Shown one piece after another: positions 58,095-64,000 of a DNA stretch of 64,000 nucleotides. Source of the stretch: Amoebophrya sp. A120 (taxonomy: Eukaryota > Protista > Dinoflagellata); the NCBI GenBank assembly GCA_905178155.1, contig CAJINV010000020.1, positions 1,178,001 through 1,242,000 of the forward strand, written 5' to 3'. Position 1 is the first letter of the stretch; each line of letters begins with the position of its first letter. The notes beneath the pieces are model-generated. The model searched no databases. It saw only the letters and a list, made by a program, of their open reading frames with translations, and had not been told where the DNA came from. The position numbers and the translations under genes are program-made.

Positions 58095-61000
58095 AATTTC
58101 GAACGCTTCTGCTCCAGGGTTAGCTCGTCCTTATCGATTGTAAAGGCGAAGTTCAGTAGGCAGTAATGACGTTGCGACGATGCGGGCCTCAAACTAAACA
58201 TCGATGAAGACGTTGCGCCTCTTTATACTTCTATATGTCATTTGTAGGTACGCAGCATCGCGCTGCTGTTCCGGAAAGTAGAAAGAAAGTTACATCATAT
58301 CTATGTCATCATAGCTGAAAAAATGCACCATTGGCTACGCTCACTCTCCATCAAGTCCTGGCACGTCATCCGCTGCCTAGTCGTGCCTGCTATTTTCGGC
58401 TCTCCCCCTCTGACTTGTAGCTGAATTAATTGCAAAACTCAACCTCCAAAAAAATTTTCTTCTGACAAACTACGCCCTGCTTCTTTGCACCTCTTGCCCT
58501 TCCCCGTCCCTCGCCCATAGGCAAAAACATGCCGGTGGGGATGCTCGGCGCGGCTCTTTCTTCGAAATCAATAATCACGTAGTTGTGAATGTAACTACAT
58601 CATCTTGATCATGTGCTGGGGTTGTGTTTTCATCAGGCAGAAGGTAAAGCAATGTAGTCAGGTCAGAGTAATTCGCCAGTGCAACCTCAGTCGAGGGTTT
58701 TTCATTTACTTTTGTGGTGCTAAGTTGTTCACGTTCATGATACCTTGGCGCCCGCCTACTTCTCGACCTTGTTTTTCAGAAACAATCGAATTCACCGACT
58801 TTCGCTTTGCCTCGGCCTCATCTGGCACTGGATTTTGTTTTTGCGGAAGTAGATGGGGCTTGATCATCATTGCAGTAGGCACTGACAGACGCGAATCGGT
58901 TTAATTAACTTCAACAAGCTCCACGTCTCGGTGCTTTGTTCTCCATCTTCATTACAAGAAAATGAAAATTCGGATCAACGGCCATGCAGCAAAAGCACAC
59001 ATGCAACAATATACGGCTCCATACCAACATACTAGGGTGAGGCTAGCTTGAAAAACGAAAACGGCATCAATACCAAAGTGAAGATGAAAGAAACCCAACC
59101 AGACAAGAAAAGAAAATCATAATCTAGTGAACCAAGAATACCGAGCTGCATATTTCTATTTGCAGTACTGTGGAAAGAAAACTACAAAACTTCAACGAAA
59201 TATTGTAAGAGGGCTGGCCCTGCGCCCAACAAGCCGACAGCTCCTGTGTAATCTGACGAGGCTGAAATGAATTTGCAGTAACTGGACCGGAAGATAAGTT
59301 TCTTTTTGCGCTCAGCAATGAAACCATAACGCGAAGATACTCATTTCTCGCGATGACATTCTTTACTTTTCCACACGAATCTGTACATATTGAGAATTGG
59401 CATTTTCATGTTGTAAATGCAATATCATTGAAGATATTCCAGTGCAACGGAAATGGACTTTGTAGTGTAGCAAATTTCTAGAATTTTCTTAAGCGCCATC
59501 CTCGACGCACGTGTTCACTTAGAAGATAAAACTAAAAGTAAAACCGCGCCGCCAGCAGCGATTTGCATTTCGATCTGACTTAATGTTAGTGCTAGCCCCG
59601 CTGTAACAAGCGAGGCCACATGCACATTCAATTTTTTTGTATTCGTAATCTACTATTTTCTCGATATTGAAAGTATAATGTAGCAAAAGATTAAGTCAAC
59701 GCATATTCGTCATTTGTAGATGCTGCGCCCCCGCATTTTTGTGAATATTAAAAGGAAGATTTGATGAGTCTGATGCTTGGCAATAAGCGGCGAGATGCCC
59801 GCCCGGCCAAACAATCCAACTCAAAACCTAATGTACTTATGGTAAAACAAGTTCTGAATAATAAATTCGATCTTCGCATCAGCAGTGACACGCACGTTCC
59901 TGTCATGCTTCTTCTGCCACAAAGTGCGCTAAAACGTTATCCTCTGCGTCTGGCACCGTAGCAGAAAAATCATGGCGAAACAATACATGCAATTGGTGCT
60001 TGTTTCTAAAGGTACTACTGATAGCGGATTTCTGTATTCTCATTATACATGGAAATACTACTTCAATCCCGTATTTGTTCTTTGATGGTCTCGTCTGTGT
60101 CACATTGCTTCGTTCCGGCCGCTATGCAGCCAACAGGATGAAAAAAAGCGAATGCTGCCAGTCATGGTGGCACAAGAACAGCCTTTTGTGCTAGGAGTTG
60201 TGGAGCGCATGATCCTACGTAGTTGTTCGCGCTCCCATCTGTGTGGTTTTGGATTGACCACGTTTGGTCCGCTGTAATCAGATACACCTCCAATTGCCTG
60301 GTAAGTGCTCCGACTGCTACATGTCGATGTTCTCAAAAAAACCGTCGCCCCGAATCACCCATTGCTGCAGAAAGCTCCACAGTCCGCTCAAACACGTGCA
60401 CGCAGGACCAGGACCTCTGCGTTGGTTTGTATTTGTTCTGGCGGCAAGCGCCGTACTACTACATGAGGACCCGCCGCGCTGTCTGGTCGCCCGAGCGAGT
60501 CTTTGCAGATTGAGTTCCTCTGTCATTTGCTTGACATAGGCGCACAGGTTTTTTCCGCGGTGATCTATCGCATCCAGGATCTCCTCCACCTCTTCCTTAT
60601 CCAGCCGATACTCCTCGGGCCGAACAGTCTGTTTGATTGTGGTTGTGTACATGGCAAATAAATGCACGACATTGACTTGAGGAGAAGATTACGAGCGAAA
60701 ACAGGGATGTCATACTATATGGTATCAATCAACATGAAAAACCCCATGAGGGTGCAATCCGAAAAACATGTACTCTTCTTGTCTAGGTATCTTAAATGTG
60801 AGGTTGAGGGCAACGAGTTTTCAGGTGCGGCGCGCGATGCAAGTTGAATATCTTACCAGGACAACTGCTAGTAGTAGGTACATGTAGTTTACAACTTTAG
60901 GCAGCGGGCGGGCGGGGCATGCGGCATGGGCGCGCGAGCGGGCGGCAGCGATCACTTGTAACATTCATCGCACTTGCTATACTAGGCGGGCAAGAGCAAG

Positions 61001-61101
61001 TAGGTGACTTTGCGGGTGGCGCGGGGTTTTGCTGTCCCAAAATAATTTCGATCTCGATTCTTTTTCTTTCTTTAAGTATTCCCGAAAGACAACATGATTC
61101 A

Positions 61102-63905
61102 TCAGTCATAGCAGTGGAGCGCATTGAAAATGAGATACAGCGTAACAAAGCATTGTGAAAAGCACTGAGGTTGACATTGTACGTTCACTTCGAAATTCGC
61201 AAGCATGTTGAGCAGCATGCCGAAGAAGAGGTGGTTTTTCCGGATGTAGGCTTCGACTACCGCTGTTCGCTGTGTCCGCAGTTCCGGCATCCCGACCGGT
61301 AGATTCCGCACCCAGACTTTCTCATCCCTCCGTTTCGCATCGCCGGGGGCGGTCATGCTACGGTTCACGAAATAGAAGTGTTGCTGGTGCTCCCAGTTTG
61401 TCTGCCGGTTGCGCAGTTTTTTTAACTCCTCCTCCCGGCGTTCCTTCAGCATCTGGAACTTGACTGAGGATGTGGTGAACAGGGCCAGAAATTCCGCAAT
61501 TCTCTGCCGGGATTCGGCTGTGGGAGTAGCGTGGTCGAACGGTTTAATATTTCCGCTGGATGTCGGGCTCGGGGATGATGAAGATGATGCACGGGGGCTG
61601 CGGAGCGCCACGCTAGCGGAGTAGTGTTCCTCTTCTTCGAGGCGTGTCACGCTGGCAACCCACCTGAATTTTAGATTTGGAAGTTAATACAGTTAGTTTC
61701 TGGTTGGTAATAACTTGAATTTCCAGGCATGATCACTTTCACTAACTATAACTGGAGTTCTATTTTACCAAACGCGCGACCACGCATGAAAAACATGTAT
61801 CAGTACTTTTCCAAAGCGGGTCTTTTCTTTTTCTTATCCCACTCCGTGTCTGCGCCGGCGGTGGCGGCGCGTTGTGACGCCCGTTGTTTGTGAGACGAAG
61901 CGGAAAGCAGTCCGATTTGCTCGTGGAGCTCTACGCGGGCGGGAAACCGACTCATCAATGCTTGCATCAAGCGCACGTACTCCGCTAGGAGTGCGAGCTT
62001 GTCTGTTTTCTCCACAAAGGTAAAGTAATCCTTTTTGATACGCCTCTCAACTTCCCTCACATCCGACTGGAATTCTGCGGTTGTAGTTCTGGCTACTCCA
62101 CCTTGCGGCCATTGCTCCTGTTCAACATTAGTCGACCCAGCATTACCACTCCTCCCCGCCATCGCAGCCAGATCGTGCTCGGAGACCGAGGGCGGCAAGG
62201 TTGCGTCCATCAAAGGCGAGCTATCGTCGTATTCGTGATCGGTGTCCATCTCATCCGCTTCATCTGGATACAGCAGCTCCGGGGTGCATGTACTGGAGGT
62301 CGTATTTACCCTACTGCCGTTGATCGCTGCCATCGGCAGCAACGGCGCTTTTGGCGTGTGGTATTTGCTCCGACACAGTAACTGGCCGCTCGCGGCTGCG
62401 CCGGATGTTGAACAAGGGGAGATTGGGCCCCCGCTGCTTCCGACGCTGCAGACCGTGCTCGGGGTCGGAAAGTCTTTCAGGGAGCTGGTGTTCAGTTTCG
62501 AAAGGGAGTTCCCGCTCGCGCTCGTGCAAGAGTTCTTCGCTTTTTCCAGGAGAAACTCCCTCGGATGGAAAGTTCCGGCGCCAGCGCCAGCGGTGGCGGA
62601 CGCAGGCGTACTATACTCGGAGGACAGATCGTTATTTGTTCCCGTCTGCAAAAAGCTACTAGATCTTGACGCCGCTGGGGTTGTCCTTTCCTCAACCTCA
62701 TCCGATTTGCTTGTGGGGCCGTCGGTTGCTGCAGACAGAAAACTGTTGCCGCTCGTGCGGATTTGCTGGGGCGGATAGGGAAGGAGGTTATTAGCATCAC
62801 GAGCGGCTGAATCGCTCCCAATGAATGCATGCGGCTGCAGTTCCGCGCCTTCGCGCTCGCCCGTGTGAAACGGGAATGGTGTTTCTTGGCGCGGAGGCAT
62901 GTTGCAGCTGAAGTACTGAGTTCTTTTCAACAATTTTACTTCATCTTCGTGTCTCCTTTTCAATAATTTTACCAGCTCCTCTGGCGGTACCCATTCGCCC
63001 GGCAAAACAACATCGAACGCGGGCCCGTGGTCCGGATTATCGGTCGTGTCTTTGCCCCGTGCGTGGATTTCCGTGATTTCGTTGGCAAAAGCTTCTTCCA
63101 GGTCCCACCGGGCAATGAGGTGCAAAATCGATTGCTGGTCGAAATCTGGCTGTGTCAAAGCGGCCACTGGGAAGAACTCGAGCAGCAGACGGACTTGCGA
63201 AATGTCGGCCTTCCTCGCCGCTTGCAGCAACGGCGTTTCGCCGTGTGTGTTTGTTTGCTGGAAGAATTTTTTCGCAAACAAAAAGTAGGTCGCCCGCTCG
63301 TCCGCTTTGCGGGTGAGGGTGACGGCCGGGACTGGTGGGGCGAGGTCCGGGTATTTGTATTTCGGTGCGGGCTTATTTGGCTGTAGACTGATTTCGTCAT
63401 CTTTAGTACCGATTGCAACATCGCTCGCAGCCCATTCCCCGGTCGTATTCGTTCCGTCCAGTGAGCCCGCCCAGCGGTTCCAGATTGAATTTGAAAAATT
63501 TGCGCTTTCTAAGCCAGCGACGTCGGACACCGAGGAAGCCGCACTAAGCCGGCTTCGGCCGCTACATTGGCGTTCATAATTAAAGTCGCCACCCAAGTCG
63601 TCGTCGCCACCCAAGGCGGGCGCCGAGGAAGCCCTGCTACACTGACGATCAAAATTCGTTTCGCCCACGGGATCCGGGAGAACAGCAGAGACACAGTCTA
63701 GTACTCTTTGCATAGACATGGAGGTGGTGTCTCCGTTTCCTCCGGCAGTGCCACAAACAGTGGCGCCAGCTGCTGCTACCGTCCTTTTTCCCCCCTCAGT
63801 ACCGGCAAGTAGACCGGGAGCTGCTGCAGCTGCTGCACCTTCAGGCACAGTCTCCTTCTTCGGAAAGGAAAGCTGTGGCTCCGGTACGAGCAACTGCCGC
63901 AACAA
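61102..63905 (-). CDS. Ankyrin-repeat-containing protein (5' part beyond window; whether 61102-61650 belongs to it is uncertain)
   Basis: QTNTHGETPLLQAARKADISQVRLLLEF and DFDQQSILHLIAR ankyrin-like repeats in ORF 61800-63953. Confidence 0.6.
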
Positions 63906-64000
63906 TATCCTGTGCAAAAGTATCGCACTCGTACAAATCGAAATCGCTGTCATGCATTACAAATCCCTTTCTTTGGTGGAATCCGCATTACAAATTCCAT
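63906..64000. mobile_element. Introner, family 2 (truncated by window end)
   Basis: tatcctgtgcaaaagtatcgcactcgta plus gtcatgcattacaaat. Confidence 0.8.

Noticed and set aside
60898-61030. GC-rich GCGGGC repeats (possible G-quadruplex or element end)
   Set aside because: Short and irregular, with no partner inverted repeat or TSD found.

Overview
Eukaryotic DNA, most likely from a syndinian dinoflagellate such as Amoebophrya. This is inferred from all credible genes lying on the minus strand and from about 23 mostly non-canonical introner introns with terminal inverted repeats (TIRs). The main feature is an apparently complete ~12.8-kb tyrosine-recombinase (YR) retrotransposon at 4779-17542 (minus strand). 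It has split direct repeats (A1...B1-A2-spacer-B2) and the gene order ORF0, Cys-rich gag-like, YR, unknown ORFs, then RT-RNaseH-methyltransferase-macrodomain. It carries at least five frame-restoring GT/GC-AG introns. Two diverged copies of an unidentified ~195-nt structured element sit inside it, one in a well-supported intron and one in a probable intron. The element inserted at a TAATT core inside the TIR of a host introner, so the host gene stays in frame if the whole unit is spliced out. The rest of the window holds multi-exon host genes (secreted PAN-like, multi-TM, Cys-rich/kelch membrane, LIM-domain, ankyrin and low-complexity proteins). Their introners share TAT...ATA ends, 5-bp target duplications and a GCATGACAAAT motif, and one of them hosts a nested MITE. 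All coordinates and domain calls were made by eye, with no database searches.
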